DNA from: Macrostomum lignano
Lineage: Eukaryota
DNA: 64,000 nt
Direction of reading: 5' to 3'
Assembly: GCA_002269645.1 (NCBI GenBank)
Contig: NIVC01001849.1
Span: 124,001-188,000, forward strand
Shown: positions 24,758 through 39,300 of the stretch, one piece after another
How positions within the stretch are numbered: position 1 is the stretch's first letter
Layout: each line of letters opens with the position of its first letter
Notes under the pieces: model-generated
Databases searched by the model: none
The model's input: only the letters and a program-made list of their open reading frames with translations
What the model was told of the DNA's origin: nothing
Made by a program: the position numbers and the translations under genes

Positions 24758-25336
24758 ATGCAAGCTATCAAGTGTGTTGTAGTGGGCGACGGAGCTGTGG
24801 GAAAAACCTGCCTGCTCATCTCCTACACGACCAACGCCTTCCCCGGCGAGTACATCCCGACCGTGTTTGACAACTACTCAGCCAATGTGATGGTGGACGG
24901 CAAGCCCATCAACCTAGGCCTGTGGGACACGGCTGGTCAGGAGGACTATGATCGGCTGAGGCCGCTGAGCTACCCGCAGACTGACGTGTTCCTTGTCTGC
25001 TTCTCCCTCATCAGCCCGGCCAGCTATGAGAACGTGCGGGCCAAGTGGTACCCGGAGGTGAGCCACCACTGTCCCAACACGCCCATCATCCTGGTCGGCA
25101 CCAAACTGGACCTGCGCGACGACAAAGACACAATTGAGAAACTGCGCGAGAAGAAGCTGGCCCCCATCACCCACCTGCAGGGCATGACAATGGCCAAGGA
25201 GATTAACGCGGTGAAGTACCTGGAGTGCTCAGCCCTGACTCAGAAGGGACTGAAGAACGTGTTTGACGAGTCCATTCGGGCCGTGCTGTGTCCGAGGCCG
25301 AGGCCGTCCAAGCGAAACAAGTGCGACTTGCTGTAA
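24758..25336 (+). CDS. RAC1: Canonical Rac1-like GTPase, intronless, 192 aa
   Basis: [41 protein letters not shown], and terminal CAAX (CDLL). Confidence 0.96.
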   Translation: MQAIKCVVVGDGAVGKTCLLISYTTNAFPGEYIPTVFDNYSANVMVDGKPINLGLWDTAGQEDYDRLRPLSYPQTDVFLVCFSLISPASYENVRAKWYPEVSHHCPNTPIILVGTKLDLRDDKDTIEKLREKKLAPITHLQGMTMAKEINAVKYLECSALTQKGLKNVFDESIRAVLCPRPRPSKRNKCDLL

Positions 25337-27882
25337 CAGTGCGCGACCCCAGGCCCGACTCATCCTCGGACACAGCTACTGTAGCTAACAGTTTTGTACA
25401 TGCGTATAGATGCGACCGATATAAAACTAGATTTATTATGCACTAATTCACCTCTGCACCGCCCTCTGTCTCCCTCTGCTGTACGCCACTAGCGGCGGCT
25501 TTCCATCGCCCTGGCAACCACGCTGAGATGCTGAATCTGTGTCTCTGGATTTAAAAAATAAGGCAATCTACCGTGTCTTTTTGTAGTTTGTTATTTAACT
25601 GATTATTGTCTGCAAATAAGAAATCTGGTCGGCTGCGTCTCTAATATTTATTTCATGCTCCAGGTAGTCTTAACATCGCTTTTATATTGCTTGTATAATA
25701 TATATTATGATATTTTCTGCAATTTCAACTAATTTGATCGATTTGTGTCTTCTAGTGGCCTGACATACCATTTAACGGTGTTGTTCTTCTGTCCCCTCTA
25801 CTCCCACAATGCTGTTTAAGTTTCTTTGCTCTATTTGGTAAACAGTTTCTGCTCTTAACTCATCAAAGTTTAAATTATGATTCTATTCAATATACGAGCT
25901 ATATATATTATATGTTCCGAGTTTTACCTGTCTCAAATATCCTTTCTAATTGTCTGTCACTTTTGCAACGCGTGCTTGCCTCCTGTTTCTTTCTCTCATG
26001 CGCACTCTTATGCTTTTTTACCATTGTACCTTAGGTAGCAAGTACATGATGTACCCGCAGCACCTGGGGTTGCGTAACATCTTTATTTACTATTCTCAGT
26101 CGGTTTTACTTGTACAAATAAATGGCAATAAAATATATTTGAATATACATTATAGTCGCTTAAAAATCTATTTATTCCTGCTTGAGTCTTTGCTACGACG
26201 ATTGAGTCCAGTGCGTCATAATGAGTGGAATGGCCCAAATCTCATATTTTACTGGTTTCTTCTACTTATGATTTCTTTTTTGGATTGTTTAGAACAGTTG
26301 GCATGTATGTTGGTCAAAAGCTAGGTAAAAAAATCGAGGCTATGATTTTCTTCGACCAAGGAGGGAATATAACATTAATAAGCTAAGTAAAAAACAGTAA
26401 AATGCATAGAATCTCTACTGAAGGGTGTTCCAAAAGTTCCCTGAATGTCTACGAGTATTACAGCTCATCCATGAAAGGCAGCTTTAATACGAAGAAGGTG
26501 TAGTTAAAATTATGTCAGTGTCATTTGACATTTTCCATTCATGCGCCGCATCAAAACTGTCTGCACAAGTCAGCACTAGTGTTACACATCCTCAAATTTG
26601 TGAGAAGTCGGGGACTCAACAGGCTGGGATCATTAAGAGTTCCAGATCAGTTGGTAGATGTCCAATCGATCAGACATCTCTCGAACTGTCACACGAGCAT
26701 TCGAGTTGGACTGGCCATCCTTAGGCCGTTCGATCTATTCGAACAAGTAAACAGTCGTTTTCCTAATGCTGTTCTCATCATGGATAGAGAAGAGATGCTC
26801 AGAAATCTTGACTCCACTCCATACGGCTGACTACAGGGCAAAAACTTGACTCCGTTGACTCTCAGGGCTGTAGAGAGAACTAATCTTTTAAAGAAATCTG
26901 CAGCCAAAAGCAAGCACTCGGTATGGGATCGTTGCGCTGGAAACACCGGTTGCTCTGATACACAGAATCAGCAATTCAACCGGTTGGCCATAGACATTTT
27001 GACATTTTTCCACGAAAGTTGATAATGGGCATGCGACATTTAAGAATGTGGACCGATATAGTACTGAATTGTGCAGACATGATGCAGCGCAGCAATGGAA
27101 AATAATATTGACATTATTTTAACTACTCGTACACCTTCGTATGAATTTTGCATTTTATTTTACATGCAAGATTTAACGAACACATTAATGAGCTGCTCTA
27201 TTAGACATAAAGAGAACTTTTGTGACATCCTTCGTATTTTTAATCTTTTGCTTGGTAGAGGAGGTGCGACAAAACAGGCAAGCAATGCGCCCAAGCGAGA
27301 TGACGAAGTCTTGCTGCATTTTCAAACTTTTCGTCATGTGATACGTTTTAGTGGGCAGTTATTAAAAGGTGTCTAGTTAGAATTGTACTGTACGCTAGAG
27401 TTGTTGCGCGCACTCGCATGTGTACACTTCATTTCTAGTAGTTAGCAGAAAATGGGGTGCACGAAAGCCTCGCTGGGGCTGTCGCTGTCGGTTAAGCCTG
27501 CGGTGCAGTTTATACTCGTACTATGTACTCGTACATAGTCAATGGTTATGCTGCATGCACAGGAGTTTGTTTGTGTGAAATCTGAAGTTCTCAAAACAAC
27601 TTTGATGAATAGGCTTTACAATATGGTTTTTTTATAGCGAGCATATCAGTGATGCTAGATTAGAATTACATAGCAGGCGGAAAGTATCCTTCACAGTTTC
27701 TGCTGCGCTCACATGGAGAGTCTCGAAAACATTTCAAATGTGGTTTTAATAGAAAACAAATGCGGTGTTCTTTCCGCCTACTGCTAACACAAGGTTACAT
27801 GATTAGGGGGGGGGGTAAAGTTACAAATTTGATTATAATACCTGGGAAATCGTAATCGTGCTAAGAATTGGTTGTAGGAGGC

Positions 27883-28476
27883 CTACAGCAGGCCGCAGGA
27901 GAGTTGCTTCTTTTTCTTCTTGCCATCGTCCTGCAGCGCGTGGAAGTGTGCCCGAACAGCCTCGGTGAAGACTGCGTCTAAATTCTTGCTCTTCTTAGCC
28001 GAACATTCCACGAAACGGTCGGCATTGATCTCTTTGGCCAGCTTTTCGCCTTCTTCTTTGGAAATCGGGTCCTTTAACGCTTCTCCGCCGACTTGATCGT
28101 CCCGGGTATCGGTCTTGGTTGCAACGAGAACTACCGGAGAACGGCTGAACCCACCGAAGTGACGCAACTCCGGCACCCACTTGGCTTTTACGTTTTGATA
28201 GCTATCTCTGTTATCCACTGAATAGCACAGCAAGAATACGTTGGTGTCTTTGTAACCCAATGGCCGCAGTCTGTCGTAGCTCTCCTGCCCGGCCGTGTCG
28301 TATATGGACAGCCTTACTGCCTTTCCGTCAACTGAAATGTAATGCGAGCTATCGTCGGCCACGGTTGGCGCGTACTCTTCCGGAAATGTGTTTAATGTGT
28401 AGACCAGGACCATGCTGGTCTTTCCAACTGTACCGTCACCAACCAGCACTAACTTTATCGTGGTTATGTTCGACAT
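27883..28476 (-). CDS. Divergent Rho-family GTPase, copy A, 197 aa from the first ATG, CAAX intact
   Basis: GDGTVGKT, YAPTVADDS, DTAGQES, TKTD, ECSAK; ends KKKKKQLSCGLL*. Confidence 0.88.
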   Translation of the reverse strand: MSNITTIKLVLVGDGTVGKTSMVLVYTLNTFPEEYAPTVADDSSHYISVDGKAVRLSIYDTAGQESYDRLRPLGYKDTNVFLLCYSVDNRDSYQNVKAKWVPELRHFGGFSRSPVVLVATKTDTRDDQVGGEALKDPISKEEGEKLAKEINADRFVECSAKKSKNLDAVFTEAVRAHFHALQDDGKKKKKQLSCGLL

Positions 28477-28899
28477 GTTTTGAGGCACTAGCGTGCTGAT
28501 ACACTCGAATGTGGTCTTATCGGCGTTCAAAATACTGATACGAGCTATGCTATTACAAACTTATCATAGATATTTATAATGTTAGACGCACCCATTTACC
28601 TGTACTAACACAGCTTCGTACCCCTTGCGTGCCCCCTCTGTGTTAATTCGTCTAACTAGCAAACTATGAAAAAAGCAAAAAGGATGGGTAGGGCGGAAAA
28701 ATACCACGCCACCACCCAACACTACCCCCGAGCACAATGCCGAGGGTTTTAAATACAAAGCTCAAACCTAAGAAGACGACTTGTCTCAGTTCTTCAAAGC
28801 TTCTGTCTGTTGTGGCAGTGGGGGTAGCAGGCGTGTAAGGTAGTTGGCGTGAGAGGTTATCAGAGACTACCGATAAACGACCTGTTACAGGTTTAAAAC

Positions 28900-29230
28900 T
28901 ATGGCTGGCTATTCGAGACACCATTTCTAAGAACAGCATAGTGTTCATTGCGATTGTGCTCAACGAACTGCTCATGGTGGCCTGCACTGTGCGCACCTGG
29001 CACTGGCTGATGTCTGTAGCGGAGCTGCTCAGTCTGCTCTGCTACCTGCTGGCTGTTGTTCTGCCTAATTATTTTGGTTTGTTTGCGCTTAATTTGTCTG
29101 TGTATTCCTGGAGATTGTTGCAGATTAGCGAGGAGACTGTTGCAGATTAGTGAGTAGCCTGTTACAGATTAGTGAGGAGACTAGTGATTAGTGAGAAGAT
29201 TCTTGCAGATTAGTGAGGAGACTGATACTA
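28900..29230 (+). pseudogene. Duplicated fragment of the ninth located ATP9 exon (17834-18095) plus the start of its intron minisatellite
   Basis: [36 protein letters not shown](V)LPNYF matches about 17950-18095 and is followed by a few TTGCAGATTAGTGAG units. Confidence 0.9.
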
Positions 29231-31332
29231 CGTAATGCGCAGTTAAGTATTGATTTTTAGGCAGATTTGATGCAAAAAATGCAAATTATACTACTATCTG
29301 AAAATGAAGTAAGTAGTATATGAAAAGGCTATCCTAAGCGTGTTATATGCGTAGCATACCTCAATATGTACTGGTGTATGTACATTAATCCCATGTGAAA
29401 TGGCACGGCTCAGCTCATTGGTTTTATGAATCTATTTTGCCATTCTTAGATGACTGTGTAACAATATGTGTGACAGAGATTATAAAATAGATTATCAAAA
29501 CCAAAGATTCGAGTTGTGTCATGTGTGATGCCGTGGCTTTCGCCCGAGATAGAACAAGGATTTCCCTGGGTGGTCGGGTAGGTCTTGTTATCCCACCGCT
29601 GCCACCAGTGTAATGGCTGTGCCTAATGCTCTCCGCTGCCACCAATGTAATGCTGGTGCCGAATCCCACCAATGTAACCAATGTAATGGCCTTGTGGATC
29701 CCCGTCTCTTTGGTGATTACTGCTGTTGCCTACTACTTCCTCTGTCTGCCCTCGCTATCTGGCACGGCCGGTAGCTGGCCTGAGTGGTCTAGCACTATGG
29801 TCCGAATTAACCCCTCTTAGTCTCCACTGAGTACAGTTAGATAATAACCGAGTATTGGTAGTTGGGTTGCTGCCACCTTGTAGGTCTACAGGTGATATCC
29901 TCGACAGGTTACCCCTAGGTAGGCCTACTGATAAGTAGAAAATAAATAAGACAAACAAGTCAGTTAAACGTTTATTAATGTGAGTAACGGTCACAGGCCG
30001 ATCCTAGAATATCGTTTAATAGCTCAACTGGTGTCGCAGTAACAAGTCCTAACCCTATTAGGTGTCACTGATGTTGCCCAACAGCGTAGGTTGTAGGCCA
30101 CGAGACCAGGTCCAGACGGTGTTGAAGGTCTGGCGAGCTGATGACACAAAGACCTGCGGCAGTCTTAATGAGCAAATGGCAGCTGCAACAAGGATTTGTT
30201 AGCAGGTTATCCCTAGGAAAAGCGTCTAGCGATCTGCCTAAGCTAGTTCATCTAGGAAAAGCATCTAGGAATACTAGCCTTTGCTCGAAGCCAAGCAGGC
30301 GGTCTCCGAAAGGAGATCGTCTCCTGAACGAGGATGGTCTCTTTGGGCCTTCACCTACTCTGTATTTATACTAAAATTCGGGGGTCTCAGGGCCAATGGG
30401 AAGCTCAGAGGCAGTTCCGTGGCAGATCCCATGGCAGTTCCGTGGACTACCCGGAGCCAGGAGCGATCTTGGAGATGCCCATAAGACATCTGCCTCATCA
30501 TGCAGCCTCCGCATGGCCTGCTGGTACACTGCTTGCATGTTGCGGCATGCAAGGAGTGCACCAAGACCCCACGAGAGCCTACCCCGGGCGGAGAGCTATG
30601 CTCTCACTCCCGCTGACTAAATAAGCCTGTACTAAAGGAGAAATATCCCACTGACTAATGTTTCTATTTTTAGCCCATTGCAGACTGCGCCAGGGGGAGA
30701 GGGGGAGAGAGTTTCTCTCCCTGTCCCGCGACAGCTGCACACCTGAGCCTGCACAAGGGAGGGGGAGGAAGGGACAGCCCTATGCCCAGCTCCCACTGCT
30801 GCAGCCCAAGCACTAACTGACTAAGAGGGGATCCCAGGAGCAGCCTATGCTAGCTACGCTGGATCACCACACATGTATTTTTTTGATTTTTAGGGTACAG
30901 GAAATACACGTAGGATAAAAAATTAACATTAGAATCCTGATTTTCTGACCGAAAAGCTTAATGAATATCAATAGAGCTACGAGGTATAAGAAAAGCACAA
31001 CATATCAACAGATAAACATTGGATTTGCGTCCTATCGAAAGTAATAATTTTTGTGCTGAAAAATCAAAAACTTCTATCTCCGTGGGGTATTTTTCGGTGA
31101 AAAGTGGCCTTCAAAACATTTTCCATGGATTTTGAGTGTCGCGTCTTGTATATACTCGTTAGTTGCTTTAGTTGTCATTGTCCTTGGTATTAAATTGACT
31201 TCAAGCTCCTCTTTATTACTTTTGTAGTAATAGGCTTAGTGTCTTATATCGTTATTATCGACAAATTAATCCTTATTTTTTTTAGTTCTTCTTTCAGATT
31301 AATCTCTTTCAGAGCTGCGCTACTGTTAGTAG

Positions 31333-32007
<675 letters not shown>

Positions 32008-32842
32008 ATCTTTTGCTTTGTCGAGGGGGGTTATCGCGTCAAAACAGGCAAGCAATATGCCCTAGCGAGAAGACGGAGTCTTGCTGCATTTTCAAGTTTT
32101 CGTCATGTGATCTGTGTTTTAGTGGGCAGTTAAAAGTGTCCAGTTTAAATCTAAGATTTTGCACAGTTGCTACAGAACTTGTGCAAAGAATTCGCGCACT
32201 CGCATGTACGTACACTTCATTCCTAGTAGTTAGCAGGAAAATGGGGTGCACGAAAGCCAATTGCTCGAGCTTTTGCTGTTGGTACAGCAGTTTGCAGTAC
32301 AGTTTATACACGGTCAATGGTCATACGCAGGAGTTTGTTTTTTGCAATTTAAAGTTCTCAAAACAACTTTGACGAATAGGCCGCTTTACTATTAAGCTGT
32401 TTATTAAGTGCGAGCATATCAGTGATACGTGATGCTACGGGCAGATTGACTTACATAATAGCTTAGAAAGTAAGCTTTGTAGTTTCTGCTGCGCTCAAAT
32501 GGGAAGTCCTGAAAACATTTCAATGGTGGTTTTATTTTCTATTCTAGAATTTATAGTCCTTGATGAGATTTATGTGCAGGAACTCGTGCTAGTTCGATTT
32601 AAAAACTGAAACGGATAAAAATTTGTTAATTTTTTAATACCCTATTCGGGCGAATCAACTGGTTCGTCAAATTATTGTCAATCCTCAATGTTTTTTTTAC
32701 TTACTGTAAGTCTTGCAGCAAAAATGTGACAAATTTTCAGCGGGATTTCAGCATTGTAGACTGGAGAGTTTGCACTGTTCTATTCGTGAAAAGCAAAAGC
32801 AGTGTTCTCTCCGCCTACTGCTGGCTCGTAACGCAAGCTTGG

Positions 32843-33523
32843 TTACATGAGTAGAGGGGCATAAAAGTTGCAAACTGGAGTATCATACATGAGCAATCGT
32901 AATCGTGCTAAGAATTGGTCGTAGGAGGCGAACAGCAGGCCGCAGGAGAGTTGCTTCTTTTTCTTCTTGCCGTCGTCCTGCAGCGCGTGGTAGTGTGCCC
33001 GTACAGCCTCGTTGAAGACGGCGTCCAAGTTTTTCCTCATCTTAGCTGAACACTCGACAAAACGGTCGGCTTTGATTTCTTTGGCCAGTTGTTTGCCTTC
33101 AGCTGTGGAAATCGGGTCCTTTACCGCTTCTCCGCCGACTTGATCGTCCCGGGTATCGGTCTTGGTTGCAACGAGAACTACCGGAGAACGGCTGAACCCG
33201 CCGAAGTGACGCAACTCCGGCACCCACTTGGCTTTTACGTTTTGACAGCTATCTCTGTTATCCACTGAATAGCACAGCAAGAATACGTTGGTGTCTTTGT
33301 AACCCAATGGCCGCAGTCTGTCGTAGCTCTCCTGCCCGGCCGTGTCGTATATGGACAGCCTTACTGCCTTTCCGTCAACTGAAATGTAATGCGAGCTATC
33401 GTCGGCCACGGTTGGCGCGTACTCTTCCGGAAATGTGTTTAATGTGTAGACCAGGACCATGCTGGTCTTTCCAACTGTACCGTCACCAACCAGCACTAAC
33501 TTTATCGTGGTTATGTTCGACAT
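32843..33523 (-). CDS. Divergent Rho GTPase, copy B; A/C chimera with read-through C-terminus and buried CAAX
   Basis: N-half is identical to copy A and C-half to copy C. The TAG of copy A is TTC here, adding FASYDQF...APLLM. Confidence 0.75.
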   Translation of the reverse strand: MSNITTIKLVLVGDGTVGKTSMVLVYTLNTFPEEYAPTVADDSSHYISVDGKAVRLSIYDTAGQESYDRLRPLGYKDTNVFLLCYSVDNRDSCQNVKAKWVPELRHFGGFSRSPVVLVATKTDTRDDQVGGEAVKDPISTAEGKQLAKEIKADRFVECSAKMRKNLDAVFNEAVRAHYHALQDDGKKKKKQLSCGLLFASYDQFLARLRLLMYDTPVCNFYAPLLM

Positions 33524-33946
33524 GTTTTGAGGCACTAGCGTGCTGATACACTCGAATGTGGTCTTATCGGCGTTCAAAATACTGATACGAGCTATGCTAT
33601 TACAAACTTATCATAGATATTTATAATGTTAGACGCACCCATTTACCTGTACTAACACAGCTTCGTACCCCTTGCGTGCCCCCTCTGTGTTAATTCGTCT
33701 AACTAGCAAACTATGAAAAAAGCAAAAAGGATGGGTAGGGCGGAAAAATACCACGCCACCACCCAACACTACCCCCGAGCACAATGCCGAGGGTTTTAAA
33801 TACAAAGCTCAAACCTAAGAAGACGACTTGTCTCAGTTCTTCAAAGCTTCTGTCTGTTGTGGCAGTGGGGGTAGCAGGCGTGTAAGGTAGTTGGCGTGAG
33901 AGGTTATCAGAGACTACCGATAAACGACCTGTTACAGGTTTAAAAC

Positions 33947-34277
33947 TATGGCTGGCTATTCGAGACACCATTTCTAAGAACAGCATAGTGTTCATTGCGA
34001 TTGTGCTCAACGAACTGCTCATGGTGGCCTGCACTGTGCGCACCTGGCACTGGCTGATGTCTGTAGCGGAGCTGCTCAGTCTGCTCTGCTACCTGCTGGC
34101 TGTTGTTCTGCCTAATTATTTTGGTTTGTTTGCGCTTAATTTGTCTGTGTATTCCTGGAGATTGTTGCAGATTAGCGAGGAGACTGTTGCAGATTAGTGA
34201 GTAGCCTGTTACAGATTAGTGAGGAGACTAGTGATTAGTGAGAAGATTCTTGCAGATTAGTGAGGAGACTGATACTA
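33947..34277 (+). pseudogene. Second copy of the ATP9 exon fragment
   Basis: Same sequence as 28900-29230, offset 5,047. Confidence 0.9.
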
Positions 34278-36379
34278 CGTAATGCGCAGTTAAGTATTGA
34301 TTTTTAGGCAGATTTGATGCAAAAAATGCAAATTATACTACTATCTGAAAATGAAGTAAGTAGTATATGAAAAGGCTATCCTAAGCGTGTTATATGCGTA
34401 GCATACCTCAATATGTACTGGTGTATGTACATTAATCCCATGTGAAATGGCACGGCTCAGCTCATTGGTTTTATGAATCTATTTTGCCATTCTTAGATGA
34501 CTGTGTAACAATATGTGTGACAGAGATTATAAAATAGATTATCAAAACCAAAGATTCGAGTTGTGTCATGTGTGATGCCGTGGCTTTCGCCCGAGATAGA
34601 ACAAGGATTTCCCTGGGTGGTCGGGTAGGTCTTGTTATCCCACCGCTGCCACCAGTGTAATGGCTGTGCCTAATGCTCTCCGCTGCCACCAATGTAATGC
34701 TGGTGCCGAATCCCACCAATGTAACCAATGTAATGGCCTTGTGGATCCCCGTCTCTTTGGTGATTACTGCTGTTGCCTACTACTTCCTCTGTCTGCCCTC
34801 GCTATCTGGCACGGCCGGTAGCTGGCCTGAGTGGTCTAGCACTATGGTCCGAATTAACCCCTCTTAGTCTCCACTGAGTACAGTTAGATAATAACCGAGT
34901 ATTGGTAGTTGGGTTGCTGCCACCTTGTAGGTCTACAGGTGATATCCTCGACAGGTTACCCCTAGGTAGGCCTACTGATAAGTAGAAAATAAATAAGACA
35001 AACAAGTCAGTTAAACGTTTGTTAATGTGAGTAACGGTCACAGGCCGATCCTAGAATATCGTTTAATAGCTCAACTGGTGTCGCAGTAACAAGTCCTAAC
35101 CCTATTAGGTGTCACTGATGTTGCCCAACAGCGTAGGTTGTAGGCCACGAGACCAGGTCCAGACGGTGTTGAAGGTCTGGCGAGCTGATGACACAAAGAC
35201 CTGCGGCAGTCTTAATGAGCAAATGGCAGCTGCAACAAGGATTTGTTAGCAGGTTATCCCTAGGAAAAGCGTCTAGCGATCTGCCTAAGCTAGTTCATCT
35301 AGGAAAAGCATCTAGGAATACTAGCCTTTGCTCGAAGCCAAGCAGGCGGTCTCCGAAAGGAGATCGTCTCCTGAACGAGGATGGTCTCTTTGGGCCTTCA
35401 CCTACTCTGTATTTATACTAAAATTCGGGGGTCTCAGGGCCAATGGGAAGCTCAGAGGCAGTTCCGTGGCAGATCCCATGGCAGTTCCGTGGACTACCCG
35501 GAGCCAGGAGCGATCTTGGAGATGCCCATAAGACATCTGCCTCATCATGCAGCCTCCGCATGGCCTGCTGGTACACTGCTTGCATGTTGCGGCATGCAAG
35601 GAGTGCACCAAGACCCCACGAAATCCTACCCCGGGCGGAGAGCTATGCTCTCACTCCCGCTGACTAAATAAGCCTGTACTAAAGGAGAAATATCCCACTG
35701 ACTAATGTTTCTATTTTTAGCCCATTGCAGACTGCGCCAGGGGGAGAGGGGGAGAGAGTTTCTCTCCCTGTCCCGCGACAGCTGCACACCTGAGCCTGCA
35801 CAAGGGAGGGGGAGGAAGGGACAGCCCTATGCCCAGCTCCCACTGCTGCAGCCCAAGCACTAACTGACTAAGAGGGGATCCCAGGAGCAGCCTATGCTAG
35901 CTACGCTGGATCACCACACATGTATTTTTTTGATTTTTAGGGTACAGGAAATACACGTAGGATAAAAAATTAACATTAGAATCCTGATTTTCTGACCGAA
36001 AAGCTTAATGAATATCAATAGAGCTACGAGGTATAAGAAAAGCACAACATATCAACAGATAAACATTGGATTTGCGTCCTATCGAAAGTAATAATTTTTG
36101 TGCTGAAAAATCAAAAACTTCTATCTCCGTGGGGTATTTTTCGGTGAAAAGTGGCCTTCAAAACATTTTCCATGGATTTTGAGTGTCGCGTCTTGTATAT
36201 ACTCGTTAGTTGCTTTAGTTGTCATTGTCCTTGGTATTAAATTGACTTCAAGCTCCTCTTTATTACTTTTGTAGTAATAGGCTTAGTGTCTTATATCGTT
36301 ATTATCGACAAATTAATCCTTATTTTTTTTAGTTCTTCTTTCAGATTAATCTCTTTCAGAGCTGCGCTACTGTTAGTAG

Positions 36380-37054
<675 letters not shown>

Positions 37055-37889
37055 ATCTTTTGCTTTGTCGAGGGGGGTTATCGCGTCAAAACAGGCAAGC
37101 AATATGCCCTAGCGAGAAGACGGAGTCTTGCTGCATTTTCAAGTTTTCGTCATGTGATCTGTGTTTTAGTGGGCAGTTAAAAGTGTCCAGTTTAAATCTA
37201 AGATTTTGCACAGTTGCTACAGAACTTGTGCAAAGAATTCGCGCACTCGCATGTACGTACACTTCATTCCTAGTAGTTAGCAGGAAAATGGGGTGCACGA
37301 AAGCCAATTGCTCGAGCTTTTGCTGTTGGTACAGCAGTTTGCAGTACAGTTTATACACGGTCAATGGTCATACGCAGGAGTTTGTTTTTTGCAATTTAAA
37401 GTTCTCAAAACAACTTTGACGAATAGGCCGCTTTACTATTAAGCTGTTTATTAAGTGCGAGCATATCAGTGATACGTGATGCTACGGGCAGATTGACTTA
37501 CATAATAGCTTAGAAAGTAAGCTTTGTAGTTTCTGCTGCGCTCAAATGGGAAGTCCTGAAAACATTTCAATGGTGGTTTTATTTTCTATTCTAGAATTTA
37601 TAGTCCTTGATGAGATTTATGTGCAGGAACTCGTGCTAGTTCGATTTAAAAACTGAAACGGATAAAAATTTGTTAATTTTTTAATACCCTATTCGGGCGA
37701 ATCAACTGGTTCGTCAAATTATTGTCAATCCTCAATGTTTTTTTTACTTACTGTAAGTCTTGCAGCAAAAATGTGACAAATTTTCAGCGGGATTTCAGCA
37801 TTGTAGACTGGAGAGTTTGCACTGTTCTATTCGTGAAAAGCAAAAGCAGTGTTCTCTCCGCCTACTGCTGGCTCGTAACGCAAGCTTGG

Positions 37890-38570
37890 TTACATGAGTA
37901 GAGGGGCATAAAAGTTGCAAACTGGAGTATCATACATGAGCAATCGTAATCGTGCTAAGAATTGGTCGTAGGAGGCGAACAGCAGGCCGCAGGAGAGTTG
38001 CTTCTTTTTCTTCTTGCCGTCGTCCTGCAGCGCGTGGTAGTGTGCCCGTACAGCCTCGTTGAAGACGGCGTCCAAGTTTTTCCTCATCTTAGCTGAACAC
38101 TCGACAAAACGGTCGGCTTTGATTTCTTTGGCCAGTTGTTTGCCTTCAGCTGTGGAAATCGGGTCCTTTACCGCTTCTCCGCCGACTTGATCGTCCCGGG
38201 TATCGGTCTTGGTTGCAACGAGAACTACCGGAGAACGGCTGAACCCGCCGAAGTGACGCAACTCCGGCACCCACTTGGCTTTTACGTTTTGACAGCTATC
38301 TCTGTTATCCACTGAATAGCACAGCAAGAATACGTTGGTGTCTTTGTAACCCAATGGCCGCAGTCTGTCGTAGCTCTCCTGCCCGGCCGTGTCGTATATG
38401 GACAGCCTTACTGCCTTTCCGTCAACTGAAATGTAATGCGAGCTATCGTCGGCCACGGTTGGCGTGTACTCTTCCGGAAATTTGTTCGATGTGTAGACCA
38501 GGACCATGCTGGTCTTGCCAACTGTGCCGTCACCAACCAGCACTAACTTTATCGTGACTGTGTTCGACAT
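37890..38570 (-). CDS. Divergent Rho GTPase, copy C, read-through C-terminus
   Basis: MSNTVTIKLVLVGDGTVGKT..YTPTVADDS..DTAGQES; CGLL is followed by 29 extra residues. Confidence 0.75.
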   Translation of the reverse strand: MSNTVTIKLVLVGDGTVGKTSMVLVYTSNKFPEEYTPTVADDSSHYISVDGKAVRLSIYDTAGQESYDRLRPLGYKDTNVFLLCYSVDNRDSCQNVKAKWVPELRHFGGFSRSPVVLVATKTDTRDDQVGGEAVKDPISTAEGKQLAKEIKADRFVECSAKMRKNLDAVFNEAVRAHYHALQDDGKKKKKQLSCGLLFASYDQFLARLRLLMYDTPVCNFYAPLLM

Positions 38571-38951
38571 GTTTTGAGGCACTAATGTGCGCTCGAATGT
38601 GGTTTAGAACTTTGCTTCTTATAGCCGTAGTAAATCAAAGGGAACTTTCTAATAGCTGTGGTCCTTTCGCGCACAGAAGTTTCTGAATTTCTCCGACATG
38701 CTGAACAGCTTCTTATACCGGGCGTGCATGCAGCTAATTGTCTGTTCATCTTCTCATAAACTTGCGTTCTTTAGTTTCTAATTATAACTGAAAATTTCTA
38801 TAGCTCAACAGTCGTGCATACGAGCAAGTCTGGCCGCATTGCAGCTTTAATTGAAGCGGATTCGAATAAATACGAGTAGTACAGTCATTTAGTTTTCCTG
38901 AGCATTGCAATGCAGCACCTTTAAACTGAATCAAAAAGTGGGGTATCTGGA

Positions 38952-39300
38952 TCAGGGGTCGGCAAACTCCGGTCCGCGTTCCCACATACGGCCCTCAAAG
39001 CGTCTCTATGGCCCTCGGGTCCTTTAAAACTTTACAATAGCAATCTGGCTCGCTTAAGGTTAATGTCTGTCCCCTCTTTCCTTTCCCCTCTCCCTCTCCA
39101 TTCTCTCCCCTATCCCCTCTCCGCTCTCTCCATTCTCTCGTCTTCCCTCCTATTCTCTTCTCTGTCTTCTTTCTTATCTCTTCTCTCATCCCATCTTTAA
39201 ATTCACTCTTCTATCATCTATTCCTTTTCCTTTCCACTCTCATCTGAGCCATGAGCTGGATGCTTCATCTGGCCCTTGAAGTAAAAAGTTTTGCCTAGAT
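38952..39300 (+). mobile_element. hAT-type MITE with a pyrimidine-rich interior
   Basis: Starts CAGGGGTCGGCAAACT..GGCCC; degenerate 3' end GGCCC..AAAAAGTTTTGCC. A related copy lies inverted at 61300-61600. Confidence 0.65.

Noticed and set aside
9649-25174. Many antisense or alternate-frame ORFs overlapping ATP9, RPL10 and Rac exons
   Set aside because: They are shadows of GC-rich coding sequence with no independent motifs.
26500-27000. Coding-looking stretch between Rac1 and Rho copy A
   Set aside because: It has in-frame stops and no motif I can assign; possibly a transposon remnant.
29765-29800. GGTAGCTGGCCTGAGTGGTCTAG, resembling a tRNA-Leu 5' half (also near 34812)
   Set aside because: No B box or T arm follows and no cloverleaf can be built.
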